Below are positions 49,401 through 64,000 of a stretch of 64,000 bases of DNA, one piece after another. Positions within the stretch are counted from its first letter, which is position 1. Each line of letters opens with the position of its first letter. This DNA comes from Azolla caroliniana (Eukaryota > Plantae > Polypodiophyta). The notes below the pieces were generated by a model. It saw only the letters and a program-made list of their open reading frames with translations. It searched no databases and was not told the origin of the DNA. The stretch lies in contig JBHGNT010000035.1 in the NCBI GenBank assembly GCA_043228905.1, positions 124,001 to 188,000 on the forward strand. Direction: 5' to 3'. Both the position numbers and the translations under genes were made by a program.

Positions 49401-52400
49401 CAAATTTGCTAATTTGTTCATGTCGCTCGACCTGATTTTTAAAATCTTGATTTTTTAATTCCATATCATAGCTAGCGTTGTTAGCTTCGATTCGCATGTT
49501 TGAACACAAAAATCCGATATCACACGAGCCAGATATGAACATTTTAATTTACCTACTTACTCTTGTCAACTCCCGCCTCAAATTTGCTAATTTCTTCATG
49601 TCTCTCGACGTGAGTGTCCAAATCTTGATTTTTTAATTCCATATCATAGCAAGCGTTGTTAGCTTCAATTCGCATGTTTGAACACAGAAATCCGATATCA
49701 CACGAGCCAAATATGAACATTTTAATTTACCTACTTGCTCTTGTCAACTCCCACCTCAAATTTGCTAATTTCTTCATGTCTCTCGACGTGAGTGTCCAAA
49801 TCTTGATTTTTTAATTCCATATCATAGCAAGCGTTGTTAGCTTCAATTCGCATGTTTGAACACAGAAATCCGATATCACACGAGCCAAATATGAACATTT
49901 TAATTTACCTACTTGCTCTTGTCAACTCCCACCTCAAATTTGCTAATTTCTTCATGTCGCTCGACCTGAGTTTTAAAATCTTGATTTTTTAATTCCATAT
50001 CATAGCTAGCGTTGTTAGCTTCAATTCGCATGTTTGAACACAGAAATCCGATATCACACGAGCCAGATATGAACATTTTAATTTACCTACTTGCTCTTGT
50101 CAACTCCCACCTCAAATTTGCTAATTTCTTCATGTCGCTCGACCTGAGTTTTAAAATCTTGATTTTTTAATTCCATATCATAGCTAGCGTTGTTAGCTTC
50201 GATTCGCATGTTTGAACACAGAAATCCGATATCACACGAGCCAGATATGAACATTTTAATTTACCTACTTGCTCTTGTCAACTCCCACCTCAAATTTGCT
50301 AATTTCTTCATGTCGCTCGACCTGATTTTTAAAATCTTGATTTTTTAATTCCAGATCATAGCTAGCGTTGTTAGCTTCGATTCGCATGTTTGAACACAGA
50401 AATCCGATATCACACGAGCCAGATATGAACATTTTAATTTACCTACTTGCTCTTGTCAACTCCCACCTCAAATTTGCTAATTTCTTCATGTCGCTCGACC
50501 TGATTTCTAAAATCTTGATTTTTTAATTCCAGATCATAGCTAGCGTTGTTAGCTTCCATTCGCATGTTTGAACACAGAAATCCGATATCACACGAGCCAG
50601 ATATGAACATTTTAATTTACCTACTTGCTCTTGTCAACTCCCACCTCAAATTTGCTAATTTCTTCATGTCGCTCGACCTGATTTTTAAAATCTTGATTTT
50701 TTAATTCCATATCATAGCTAGCGTTGTTAGCTTCGATTCGCATGTTTGAACACAAAAATCCGATATCACACGAGCCAGATATGAAAATTTTAATTTACCT
50801 ACTTACTCTTGTCAACTCCCGCCTCAAATTTGCTAATTTCTTCATGTCTCTCGACGTGAGTGTCCAAATCTTGATTTTTTAATTCCATATCATAGCAAGC
50901 GTTGTTAGCTTCAATTCGCATGTTTGAACACAGAAATCCGATATCACACAAGCCAGATATGAACATTTTAATTTACCTACTTACTCTTGTCAACTCCCGC
51001 CTCAAATTTGCTAATTTCTTCATGTCGCTCGACGTGGGTTTCAAAATCTTGACTTTTTAATTCCATATCATAGCTAGCGTTGTTAGCTTCAATTCGCATG
51101 TTTGAACACAGAAATCCGATATCACACGAGCCAGATATGAACATTTTAATTTACCTACTTGCTCTTGTCAACTCCCACCTCAAATTTGCTAATTTCTTCA
51201 TGTCGCTCGACCTGATTTTTAAAATCTTGATTTTTTAATTCCATATCATAGCTAGCATTGTTAGCTTCGATTCGCATGTTTGAACACAGAAATCCGATAT
51301 CACACGAGCCAGATATGAACATTTTAATTTACCTACTTGCTCTTGTCAACTCCCACCTCAAATTTGCTAATTTCTTCATGTCGCTCGACGTGGGTTTCAA
51401 AATCTTGATTTTTTAATTCCATATCATAGCTAGCGTTGTTAGCTTCGATTCGCATGTTTGAACACAAAAATCCGATATCACACGAGCCAGATATGAACAT
51501 TTTAATTTACCTACTTACTCTTGTCAACTCCCGCCTCAAATTTGCTAATTTCTTCATGTCGCTCGACGTGGGTTTCAAAATCTTGACTTTTTAATTCCAT
51601 ATCATAGCTAGCGTTGTTAGCTTCAATTCGCATGTTTGAACACAGAAATCCGATATCACACGAGCCAGATATGAACATTTTAATTTACCTACTTGCTCTT
51701 GTCAACTCCCACCTCAAATTTGCTAATTTCTTCATGTCGCTCGACCTGATTTTTAAAATCTTGATTTTTTAATTCCATATCATAGCTACCGTTGTTAGCT
51801 TCGATTCGCATGTTTGAACACAAAAATCCGATATCACACGAGCCAGATATGAACATTTTAATTTACCTACTTACTCTTGTCAACTCCCGCCTCAAATTTG
51901 CTAATTTCTTCATGTCTCTCGACGTGAGTGTCGAAATCTTGATTTTTTAATTCCATATCATAGCAAGCGTTGTTAGCTTCGATTTGCAGGTTTGAACACA
52001 GAAATCCGATATCACACGAGCCAGATATGAACATTTTAATTTACCTACTTGCTCTTGTCAACTCAGACCTCAAATTTGCTAATTTCTTCATGTCGCTCGA
52101 CCTGAGTTTTAAAATCTTGATTTTTTAATTCCATATCATAGCTAGCGTTGTTAGCTTCAATTCGCATGTTTGAACACAGAAATCCGATATCACACGAGCC
52201 AGATATGAACATTTTAATTTACCTACTTGCTCTTGTCAACTCCCACCTCAAATTTGCTAATTTCTTCATGTCGCTCGACCTGATTTTTAAAATCTTGATT
52301 TTTTAATTCCATATCATAGCTAGCGTTGTTAGCTTCGATTCGCATGTTTGAACACAAAAATCCGATATCACACGAGCCAGATATGAACATTTTAATTTAC

Positions 52401-55400
52401 CTACTTACTCTTGTCAACTCCCGCCTCAAATTTGCTAATTTCTTCATGTCGCTCGACGTGGGTTTCAAAATCTTGACTTTTTAATTCCATATCATAGCTA
52501 GCGTTGTTAGCTTCAATTCGCATGTTTGAACACAGAAATCCGATATCACACGAGCCAGATATGAACATTTTAATTTACCTACTTGCTCTTGTCAACTCCC
52601 ACCTCAAATTTGCTAATTTCTTCATGTCGCTCGACCTGATTTTTAAAATCTTGATTTTTTAATTCCATATCATAGCTAGCATTGTTAGCTTCGATTCGCA
52701 TGTTTGAACACAGAAATCCGATATCACACGAGCCAGATATGAACATTTTAATTTACCTACTTGCTCTTGTCAACTCCCACCTCAAATTTGCTAATTTCTT
52801 CATGTCGCTCGACGTGGGTTTCAAAATCTTGATTTTTTAATTCCATATCATAGCTAGCGTTGTTAGCTTCGATTCGCATGTTTGAACACAAAAATCCGAT
52901 ATCACACGAGCCAGATATGAACATTTTAATTTACCTACTTACTCTTGTCAACTCCCGCCTCAAATTTGCTAATTTCTTCATGTCGCTCGACGTGGGTTTC
53001 AAAATCTTGAATTTTTAATTCCATATCATAGCTAGCGTTGTTAGCTTCAATTCGCATGTTTGAACACAGAAATCCGATATCACACGAGCCAGATATGAAC
53101 ATTTTAATTTACCTACTTGCTCTTGTCAACTCCCACCTCAAATTTGCTAATTTGTTCATGTCGCTCGACCTGATTTTTAAAATCTTGATTTTTTAATTCC
53201 ATATCATAGCTAGCGTTGTTAGCTTCGATTCGCATGTTTGAACACAAAAATCCGATATCACACGAGCCAGATATGAACATTTTAATTTACCTACTTACTC
53301 TTGTCAACTCCCGCCTCAAATTTGCTAATTTCTTCATGTCTCTCGACGTGAGTGTCCAAATCTTGATTTTTTAATTCCATATCATAGCAAGCGTTGTTAG
53401 CTTCAATTCGCATGTTTGAGCACAGAAATCCGATATCACACGAGCCAAATATGAAAATTTTAATTTACCTACTTGCTCTTGTCAACTCCCACCTCAAATT
53501 TGCTAATTTCTTCATGTCTCTCGACGTGAGTGTCCAAATCTTGATTTTTTAATTCCATATCATAGCTAGCGTTGTTAGCTTCAATTCGCATGTTTGAACA
53601 CAGAAATCCGATATCACACGAGCCAAATATGAACATTTTAATTTACCTACTTGCTCTTGTCAACTCCCACCTCAAATTTGCTAATTTCTTCATGTCGCTG
53701 GACTTGAGTTTTAAAATCTTGATTTTTTAATTCCATATCATAGCTAGCGTTGTTAGCTTCAATTCGCATGTTTGAACACAAAAATCCGATATCACACGAG
53801 CCAGATATGAACATTTTAATTTACCTACTTGCTCTTGTCAACTCCCACCTCAAATTTGCTAATTTCTTCATGTCGCTCGACCTGATTTTTAAAATCTTGA
53901 TTTTTTAATTCCAGATCATAGCTAGCGTTGTTAGCTTCGATTCGCATGTTTGAACACAAAAATCCGATATCACACGAGCCAGATATGAACATTTTAATTT
54001 ACCTACTTACTCTTGTCAACTCCTGCCTCAAATTTGCTAATTTCTTCATGTCTCTCGACGTGAGTGTCGAAATCTTGATTTTTTAATTCCATATCATAGC
54101 AAGCGTTGTTAGCTTCGATTTGCAGGTTTGAACACAGAAATCCGATATCACACGAGCCAGATATGAACATTTTAATTTACCTACTTGCTCTTGTCAACTC
54201 AGACCTCAAATTTGCTAATTTCTTCATGTCGCTCGACCTGAGTTTTAAAATCTTGATTTTTTAATTCCATATCATAGCTAGCGTTGTTAGCTTCAATTCG
54301 CATGTTTGAACACAGAAATCCGATATCACACGAGCCAGATATGAACATTTTAATTTACCTACTTGCTCTTGTCAACTCCCACCTCAAATTTGCTAATTTC
54401 TTCATGTCGCTCGACCTGAGTTTTAAAATCTTGATTTTTTAATTCCATATCATAGCTAGCGTTGTTAGCTTCGATTCGCATGTTTGAACACAAAAATCCG
54501 ATATCACACGAGCCAGATATGAACATTTTAATTTACCTACTTGCTCTTGTCAACTCCCACCTCAAATTTGCTAATTTCTTCATGTCGCTCGACCTGATTT
54601 TTAAAATCTTGATTTTTTAATTCCAGATCATAGCTAGCGTTGTTAGCTTCGATTCGCATGTTTGAACACAGAAATCCGATATCACACGAGCCAGATATGA
54701 ACATTTTAATTTACCTACTTGCTCTTGTCAACTCCCACCTCAAATTTGCTAATTTCTTCATGTCGCTCGACCTGATTTCTAAAATCTTGATTTTTTAATT
54801 CCAGATCATAGCTAGCGTTGTTAGCTTCCATTCGCATGTTTGAACACAGAAATCCGATAACACACGAGCCAGATATGAACATTTTAATTTACCTACTTGC
54901 TCTTGTCAACTCCCACCTCAAATTTGCTAATTTCTTCATGTCGCTCGACCTGGGTTTCAAAATCTTGATTTTTTAATTCCATATCATAGCTAGCGTTGTT
55001 AGCTTCGATTCGCATGTTTGAACACAGAAATCCGATATCACACAAGCCAGATATGAACATTTTAATTTACCTACTTACTCTTGTCAACTCCCGCCTCAAA
55101 TTTGCTAATTTCTTCATGTCGCTCGACGTGGGTTTCAAAATCTTGACTTTTTAATTCCATATCATAGCTAGCGTTGTTAGCTTCAATTCGCATGTTTGAA
55201 CACAGAAATTCGATATCACACGAGCCAGATATGAACATTTTAATTTACCTACTTGCTCTTGTCAACTCCCACCTCAAATTTGCTAATTTCTTCATGTCGC
55301 TCGACCTGATTTTTAAAATCTTGATTTTTTAATTCCATATCATAGCTAGCGTTGTTAGCTTCGATTCGCATGTTTGAACACAAAAATCCGATATCACACG

Positions 55401-58400
55401 AGCCAGATATGAAAATTTTAATTTACCTACTTACTCTTGTCAACTCCCGCCTCAAATTTGCTAATTTCTTCATGTCTCTCGACGTGAGTGTCCAAATCTT
55501 GATTTTTTAATTCCATATCATAGCAAGCGTTGTTAGCTTCAATTCGCATGTTTGAACACAGAAATCCGATATCACACAAGCCAGATATGAACATTTTAAT
55601 TTACCTACTTACTCTTGTCAACTCCCGCCTCAAATTTGCTAATTTCTTCATGTCGCTCGACGTGGGTTTCAAAATCTTGACTTTTTAATTCCATATCATA
55701 GCTAGCGTTGTTAGCTTCAATTCGCATGTTTGAACACAGAAATCCGATATCACACGAGCCAGATATGAACATTTTAATTTACCTACTTGCTCTTGTCAAC
55801 TCCCACCTCAAATTTGCTAATTTCTTCATGTCGCTCGACCTGATTTTTAAAATCTTGATTTTTTAATTCCATATCATAGCTAGCATTGTTAGCTTCGATT
55901 CGCATGTTTGAACACAGAAATCCGATATCACACGAGCCAGATATGAACATTTTAATTTACCTACTTGCTCTTGTCAACTCCCACCTCAAATTTGCTAATT
56001 TCTTCATGTCGCTCGACGTGGGTTTCAAAATCTTGATTTTTTAATTCCATATCATAGCTAGCGTTGTTAGCTTCGATTCGCATGTTTGAACACAAAAATC
56101 CGATATCACACGAGCCAGATATGAACATTTTAATTTACCTACTTACTCTTGTCAACTCCCGCCTCAAATTTGCTAATTTCTTCATGTCGCTCGACGTGGG
56201 TTTCAAAATCTTGACTTTTTAATTCCATATCATAGCTAGCGTTGTTAGCTTCAATTCGCATGTTTGAACACAGAAATCCGATATCACACGAGCCAGATAT
56301 GAACATTTTAATTTACCTACTTGCTCTTGTCAACTCCCACCTCAAATTTGCTAATTTCTTCATGTCGCTCGACCTGATTTTTAAAATCTTGATTTTTTAA
56401 TTCCATATCATAGCTACCGTTGTTAGCTTCGATTCGCATGTTTGAACACAAAAATCCGATATCACACGAGCCAGATATGAACATTTTAATTTACCTACTT
56501 ACTCTTGTCAACTCCCGCCTCAAATTTGCTAATTTCTTCATGTCTCTCGACGTGAGTGTCGAAATCTTGATTTTTTAATTCCATATCATAGCAAGCGTTG
56601 TTAGCTTCGATTTGCAGGTTTGAACACAGAAATCCGATATCACACGAGCCAGATATGAACATTTTAATTTACCTACTTGCTCTTGTCAACTCAGACCTCA
56701 AATTTGCTAATTTCTTCATGTCGCTCGACCTGAGTTTTAAAATCTTGATTTTTTAATTCCATATCATAGCTAGCGTTGTTAGCTTCAATTCGCATGTTTG
56801 AACACAGAAATCCGATATCACACGAGCCAGATATGAACATTTTAATTTACCTACTTGCTCTTGTCAACTCCCACCTCAAATTTGCTAATTTCTTCATGTC
56901 GCTCGACCTGATTTTTAAAATCTTGATTTTTTAATTCCATATCATAGCTAGCGTTGTTAGCTTCGATTCGCATGTTTGAACACAAAAATCCGATATCACA
57001 CGAGCCAGATATGAACATTTTAATTTACCTACTTACTCTTGTCAACTCCTGCCTCAAATTTGCTAATTTCTTCATGTCTCTCGACTTGAGTGTCCAGATG
57101 TTGATTTTTTAATTCCATATCATAGCAAGCGTTGTTAGCTTCAATTCGCATGTTTGAACACAGAAATACGATATCACACGAGCCAGATATGAACATTTTA
57201 ATTTACCTACTTGCTCTTGTCAACTCCCACCTCAAATTTGCTAATTTCTTCATGTCGCTCGACCTGATTTTTAAAATCTTGATTTTTTAATTCCATATCA
57301 TAGCTAGCATTGTTAGCTTCGATTCGCATGTTTGAACACAGAAATCCGATATCACACGAGCCAGATATGAACATTTTAATTTACCTACTTGCTCTTGTCA
57401 ACTCCCACCTCAAATTTGCTAATTTCTTCATGTCGCTCGACGTGGGTTTCAAAATCTTGATTTTTTAATTCCATATCATAGCTAGCGTTGTTAGCTTCGA
57501 TTCGCATGTTTGAACACAAAAATCCGATATCACACGAGCCAGATATGAACATTTTAATTTACCTACTTACTCTTGTCAACTCCCGCCTCAAATTTGCTAA
57601 TTTCTTCATGTCGCTCGACGTGGGTTTCAAAATCTTGAATTTTTAATTCCATATCATAGCTAGCGTTGTTAGCTTCAATTCGCATGTTTGAACACAGAAA
57701 TCCGATATCACACGAGCCAGATATGAACATTTTAATTTACCTACTTGCTCTTGTCAACTCCCACCTCAAATTTGCTAATTTCTTCATGTCGCTCGACCTG
57801 ATTTTTAAAATCTTGATTTTTTAATTCCATATCATAGCTAGCGTTGTTAGCTTCGATTCGCATGTTTGAACACAAAAATCCGATATCACACGAGCCAGAT
57901 ATGAACATTTTAATTTACCTACTTACTCTTGTCAACTCCCGCCTCAAATTTGCTAATTTCTTCATGTCTCTCGACGTGATTGTCCAAATCTTGATTTTTT
58001 AATTCCATATCATAGCAAGCGTTGTTAGCTTCAATTCGCATGTTTGAGCACAGAAATCCGATATCACACGAGCCAAATATGAAAATTTTAATTTACCTAC
58101 TTGCTCTTGTCAACTCCCACCTCAAATTTGCTAATTTCTTCATGTCTCTCGACGTGAGTGTCCAAATCTTGATTTTTTAATTCCATATCATAGCTAGCGT
58201 TGTTAGCTTCAATTCGCATGTTTGAACACAGAAATCCGATATCACACGAGCCAAATATGAACATTTTAATTTACCTACTTGCTCTTGTCAACTCCCACCT
58301 CAAATTTGCTAATTTCTTCATGTCGCTGGACCTGAGTTTTAAAATCTTGATTTTTTAATTCCATATCATAGCTAGCGTTGTTAGCTTCAATTCGCATGTT

Positions 58401-61400
58401 TGAACACAAAAATCCGATATCACACGAGCCAGATATGAACATTTTAATTTACCTACTTGCTCTTGTCAACTCCCACCTCAAATTTGCTAATTTCTTCATG
58501 TCGCTCGACCTGATTTTTAAAATCTTGATTTTTTAATTCCAGATCATAGCTAGCGTTGTTAGCTTCGATTCGCATGTTTGAACACAAAAATCCGATATCA
58601 CACGAGCCAGATATGAACATTTTAATTTACCTACTTACTCTTGTCAACTCCTGCCTCAAATTTGCTAATTTCTTCATGTCTCTCGACGTGAGTGTCGAAA
58701 TCTTGATTTTTTAATTCCATATCATAGCAAGCGTTGTTAGCTTCGATTTGCAGGTTTGAACACAGAAATCCGATATCACACGAGCCAGATATGAACATTT
58801 TAATTTACCTACTTGCTCTTGTCAACTCAGACCTCAAATTTGCTAATTTCTTCATGTCGCTCGACCTGAGTTTTAAAATCTTGATTTTTTAATTCCATAT
58901 CATAGCTAGCGTTGTTAGCTTCAATTCGCATGTTTGAACACAGAAATCCGATATCACACGAGCCAGATATGAACATTTTAATTTACCTACTTGCTCTTGT
59001 CAACTCCCACCTCAAATTTGCTAATTTCTTCATGTCGCTCGACCTGAGTTTTAAAATCTTGATTTTTTAATTCCATATCATAGCTAGCGTTGTTAGCTTC
59101 GATTCGCATGTTTGAACACAAAAATCCGATATCACACGAGCCAGATATGAACATTTTAATTTACCTACTTGCTCTTGTCAACTCCCACCTCAAATTTGCT
59201 AATTTCTTCATGTCGCTCGACCTGATTTTTAAAATCTTGATTTTTTAATTCCAGATCATAGCTAGCGTTGTTAGCTTCGATTCGCATGTTTGAACACAGA
59301 AATCCGATATCACACGAGCCAGATATGAACATTTTAATTTACCTACTTGCTCTTGTCAACTCCCACCTCAAATTTGCTAATTTCTTCATGTCGCTCGACC
59401 TGATTTCTAAAATCTTGATTTTTTAATTCCAGATCATAGCTAGCGTTGTTAGCTTCCATTCGCATGTTTGAACACAGAAATCCGATATCACACGAGCCAG
59501 ATATGAACATTTTAATTTACCTACTTGCTCTTGTCAACTCCCACCTCAAATTTGCTAATTTCTTCATGTCGCTCGACCTGAGTTTTAAAATCTTGATTTT
59601 TTAATTCCATATCATAGCTAGCGTTGTTAGCTTCAATTCGCATGTTTGAACACAGAAATCCGATATCACACGAGCCAGATATGCACATTTTAATTTACCT
59701 ACTTGCTCTTGTCAACTCCCACCTCAAATTTGCTAATTTCTTCATGTCGCTCGACCTGAGTTTTAAAATCTTGATTTTTTAATTCCATATCATAGCTAGC
59801 GTTGTTAGCTTCGATTCGCATGTTTGAACACAAAAATCCGATATCACACGAGCCAGATATGAACATTTTAATTTACCTACTTGCTCTTGTCAACTCCCAC
59901 CTCAAATTTGCTAATTTCTTCATGTCGCTCGACCTGATTTTTAAAATCTTGATTTTTTAATTCCATATCATAGCTAGCGTTGTTAGCTTCGATTCGCATG
60001 TTTGAACACAGAAATCCGATATCACACGAGCCAGATATGAACATTTTAATTTACCTACTTGCTCTTGTCAACTCCCACCTCAAATTTGCTAATTTCTTCA
60101 TGTCGCTCGACCTGATTTCTAAAATCTTGATTTTTTAATTCCAGATCATAGCTAGCGTTGTTAGCTTCCATTCGCATGTTTGAACACAGAAATCCGATAA
60201 CACACGAGCCAGATATGAACATTTTAATTTACCTACTTGCTCTTGTCAACTCCCACCTCAAATTTGCTAATTTCTTCATGTCGCTCGACCTGGGTTTCAA
60301 AATCTTGATTTTTTAATTCCATATCATAGCTAGCGTTGTTAGCTTCGATTCGCATGTTTGAACACAGAAATCCGATATCACACAAGCCAGATATGAACAT
60401 TTTAATTTACCTACTTACTCTTGTCAACTCCCGCCTCAAATTTGCTAATTTCTTCATGTCGCTCGACCTGATTTCTAAAATCTTGATTTTTTAATTCCAT
60501 ATCATAGCTAGCGTTGTTAGCTTCAATTCGCATGTTTGAACACAGAAATTCGATATCACACGAGCCAGATATGAACATTTTAATTTACCTACTTGCTCTT
60601 GTCAACTCCCGCCTCAAATTTGCTAATTTCTTCATGTCGCTCGACCTGATTTTTAAAATCTTGATTTTTTAATTCCATATCATAGCTAGCGTTGTTAGCT
60701 TCGATTCGCATGTTTGAACACAGAAATCCGATATCACACGAGCCAGATATGAACATTTTAATTTACCTACTTGCTCTTGTCAACTCCCACCTCAAATTTG
60801 CTAATTTCTTCATGTCGCTCGACCTGATTTTTAAAATCTTGATTTTTTAATTCCATATCATAGCTAGCGTTGTTAGCTTCGATTCGCATGTTTGAACACA
60901 GAAATCCGATATCACACGAGCCAGATATGAACATTTTAATTTACCTACTTGCTCTTGTCAACTCCCACCTCAAATTTGCTAATTTCTTCATGTCGCTCGA
61001 CCTGATTTTAAAAATCTTGATTTTTTCATTCCATATCATCGCTAGCATTGTTAGCTTCGATTCGCATGTTTGAACACAGAAATCCGATATCACACGAGCC
61101 AGATATGAACATTTTAATTTACCTACTTGCTCTTGTCAACTCCCACCTCAAATTTGCTAATTTCTTCATGTCGCTCGACGTGGGTTTCAAAATCTTGATT
61201 TTTTAATTCCATATCATAGCTAGCGTTGTTAGCTTCGATTCGCATGTTTGAACACAAAAATCCGATATCACACGAGCCAGATATGAACATTTTAATTTAC
61301 CTACTTACTCTTGTCAACTCCCGCCTCAAATTTGCTAATTTCTTCATGTCGCTCGACGTGGGTTTCAAAATCTTGACTTTTTAATTCCATATCATAGCTA

Positions 61401-64000
61401 GCGTTGTTAGCTTCAATTCGCATGTTTGAACACAGAAATCCGATATCACACGAGCCAGATATGAACATTTTAATTTACCTACTTGCTCTTGTCAACTCCC
61501 ACCTCAAATTTGCTAATTTCTTCATGTCGCTCGACCTGATTTCTAAAATCTTGATTTTTTAATTCCAGATCATAGCTAGCGTTGTTAGCTTCCATTCGCA
61601 TGTTTGAACACAGAAATCCGATAACACACGAGCCAAATATGAACATTTTAATTTACCTACTTGCTCTTGTCAACTCCCACCTCAAATTTGCTAATTTCTT
61701 CATGTCGCTCGACCTGATTTTTAAAATCTTGATTTTTTAATTCCATATCATAGCTAGCGTTGTTAGCTTCGATTCGCATGTTTGAACACAAAAATCCGAT
61801 ATCACACGAGCCAGATATGAACATTTTAATTTACCTACTTACTCTTGTCAACTCCTGCCTCAAATTTGCTAATTTCTTCATGTCTCTCGACTTGAGTGTC
61901 CAGATGTTGATTTTTTAATTCCATATCATAGCTAGCGTTGTTAGCTTCGATTCGCATGTTTGAACACAAAAATCCGATATCACACGAGCCAGATATGAAC
62001 ATTTTAATTTACCTACTTGCTCTTGTCAACTCCCACCTCAAATTTGCTAATTTCTTCATGTCGCTCGACCTGATTTTTAAAATCTTGATTTTTTAATTCC
62101 AGATCATAGCTAGCGTTGTTAGCTTCGATTCGCATGTTTGAACACAGAAATCCGATATCACACGAGCCAGATATGAACATTTTAATTTACCTACTTGCTC
62201 TTGTCAACTCCCACCTCAAATTTGCTAATTTGTTCATGTCGCTCGACCTGATTTTTAAAATCTTGATTTTTTAATTCCATATCATAGCTAGCGTTGTTAG
62301 CTTCGATTCGCATGTTTGAACACAAAAATCCGATATCACACGAGCCAGATATGAACATTTTAATTTACCTACTTACTCTTGTCAACTCCCGCCTCAAATT
62401 TGCTAATTTCTTCATGTCTCTCGACGTGAGTGTCCAAATCTTGATTTTTTAATTCCATATCATAGCAAGCGTTGTTAGCTTCAATTCGCATGTTTGAACA
62501 CAGAAATCCGATATCACACGAGCCAAATATGAACATTTTAATTTACCTACTTGCTCTTGTCAACTCCCACCTCAAATTTGCTAATTTCTTCATGTCTCTC
62601 GACGTGAGTGTCCAAATCTTGATTTTTTAATTCCATATCATAGCAAGCGTTGTTAGCTTCAATTCGCATGTTTGAACACAGAAATCCGATATCACACGAG
62701 CCAAATATGAACATTTTAATTTACCTACTTGCTCTTGTCAACTCCCACCTCAAATTTGCTAATTTCTTCATGTCGCTGGACCTGAGTTTTAAAATCTTGA
62801 TTTTTTAATTCCATATCATAGCTAGCGTTGTTAGCTTCAATTCGCATGTTTGAACACAAAAATCCGATATCACACGAGCCAGATATGAACATTTTAATTT
62901 ACCTACTTGCTCTTGTCAACTCCCACCTCAAATTTGCTAATTTCTTCATGTCGCTCGACCTGATTTTTAAAATATTGATTTTTTAATACCAGATCATAGC
63001 TAGCGTTGTTAGCTTCGATTCGCATGTTTGAACACAAAAATCCGATATCACACGAGCCAGATATGAACATTTTAATTTACCTACTTACTCTTGTCAACTC
63101 CTGCCTCAAATTTGCTAATTTCTTCATGTCTCTCGACGTGAGTGTCGAAATCTTGATTTTTTAATTCCATATCATAGCAAGCGTTGTTAGCTTCGATTTG
63201 CAGGTTTGAACACAGAAATCCGATATCACACGAGCCAGATATGAACATTTTAATTTACCTACTTGCTCTTGTCAACTCAGACCTCAAATTTGCTAATTTC
63301 TTCATGTCGCTCGACCTGAGTTTTAAAATCTTGATTTTTTAATTCCATATCATAGCTAGCGTTGTTAGCTTCAATTCGCATGTTTGAACACAGAAATCTG
63401 ATATCACACGAGCCAGATATGAACATTTTAATTTACCTACTTGCTCTTGTCAACTCCCACCTCAAATTTGCTAATTTCTTCATGTCGCTCGACCTGATTT
63501 TTAAAATCTTGATTTTTTAATTCCATATCATAGCTAGCGTTGTTAGCTTCGATTCGCATGTTTGAACACAAAAATCCGATATCACACGAGCCAGATATGA
63601 ACATTTTAATTTACCTACTTACTCTTGTCAACTCCTGCCTCAAATTTGCTAATTTCTTCATGTCTCTCGACTTGAGTGTCCAGATGTTGATTTTTTAATT
63701 CCATATCATAGCAAGCGTTGTTAGCTTCAATTCGCATGTTTGAACACAGAAATACGATATCACACGAGCCAGATATGAACATTTTAATTTACCTACTTGC
63801 TCTTGTCAACTCCCACCTCAAATTTGCTAATTTCTTCATGTCGCTCGACCTGAGTTTTAAAACTTGATTTTTTAATTCCATATCATAGCTAGCGTTGTTA
63901 GCTTCCATTCGCATGTTTGAACACAGAAATCCGATAACACACGAGCCAGATATGAACATTTTAATTTACCTACTTGCTCTTGTCAACTCCCACCTCAAAT
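43420..64000 (+). repeat. 178-bp tandem satellite array, homogeneous variant subfamily (continues past the right edge)
   Basis: Same monomer with prevalent diagnostic variants CATGTCGCTC (vs CATGTCTCTC), CCCACCTC (vs CCCGCCTC) and nearly fixed GAGCCAGATATG. Confidence 0.97.
50640..59480 (+). repeat. Higher-order duplication, period 4628 bp (26 monomers)
   Basis: Rare variants recur at offset 4628: ATGAAAATTT (monomers at 50761/55389), CATAGCTACC (51781/56409) and CATGTTTGAG (53411/58039). Boundaries are approximate. Confidence 0.8.

Noticed and set aside
4315-64000. CRISPR-like array or RT-associated prokaryotic system (retron or DGR)
   Set aside because: Monomers are homologous over their full length with no unique spacers and no cas genes. 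The RT is part of a eukaryotic Gypsy polyprotein.

Overview
Eukaryotic, centromere-like DNA. About 58.5 kb of the 64 kb is a tandem 178-bp AT-rich satellite; I cannot assign it to a species, and it does not match Arabidopsis CEN178 as I recall it. The satellite has one strand switch at 4311-4315, and block 1-4314 is an inverted copy of about 28054-34629. It carries several higher-order duplications (9, 12, 15, 26 and 33 monomers) and changes to a more homogeneous variant subfamily at about 37.1-37.4 kb. One young Ty3/Gypsy chromovirus LTR retrotransposon (minus strand, 37922-43419) interrupts the array in register and has intact gag and pol (PR-RT-RNaseH-IN-chromodomain). Its cis-signals can be read from the sequence: a Tf1-type self-priming PBS complementary to the predicted transcript 5' end, a G_UUA_AAC slippery site plus stem-loop for -1 frameshifting, and an 11-unit phased nGAAn heat-shock-element array next to the TATA box. 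The 3' LTR is truncated exactly at the end of the self-primer, which leaves an HSE/TATA promoter pointing straight into the satellite. No host genes or RNA genes are seen.
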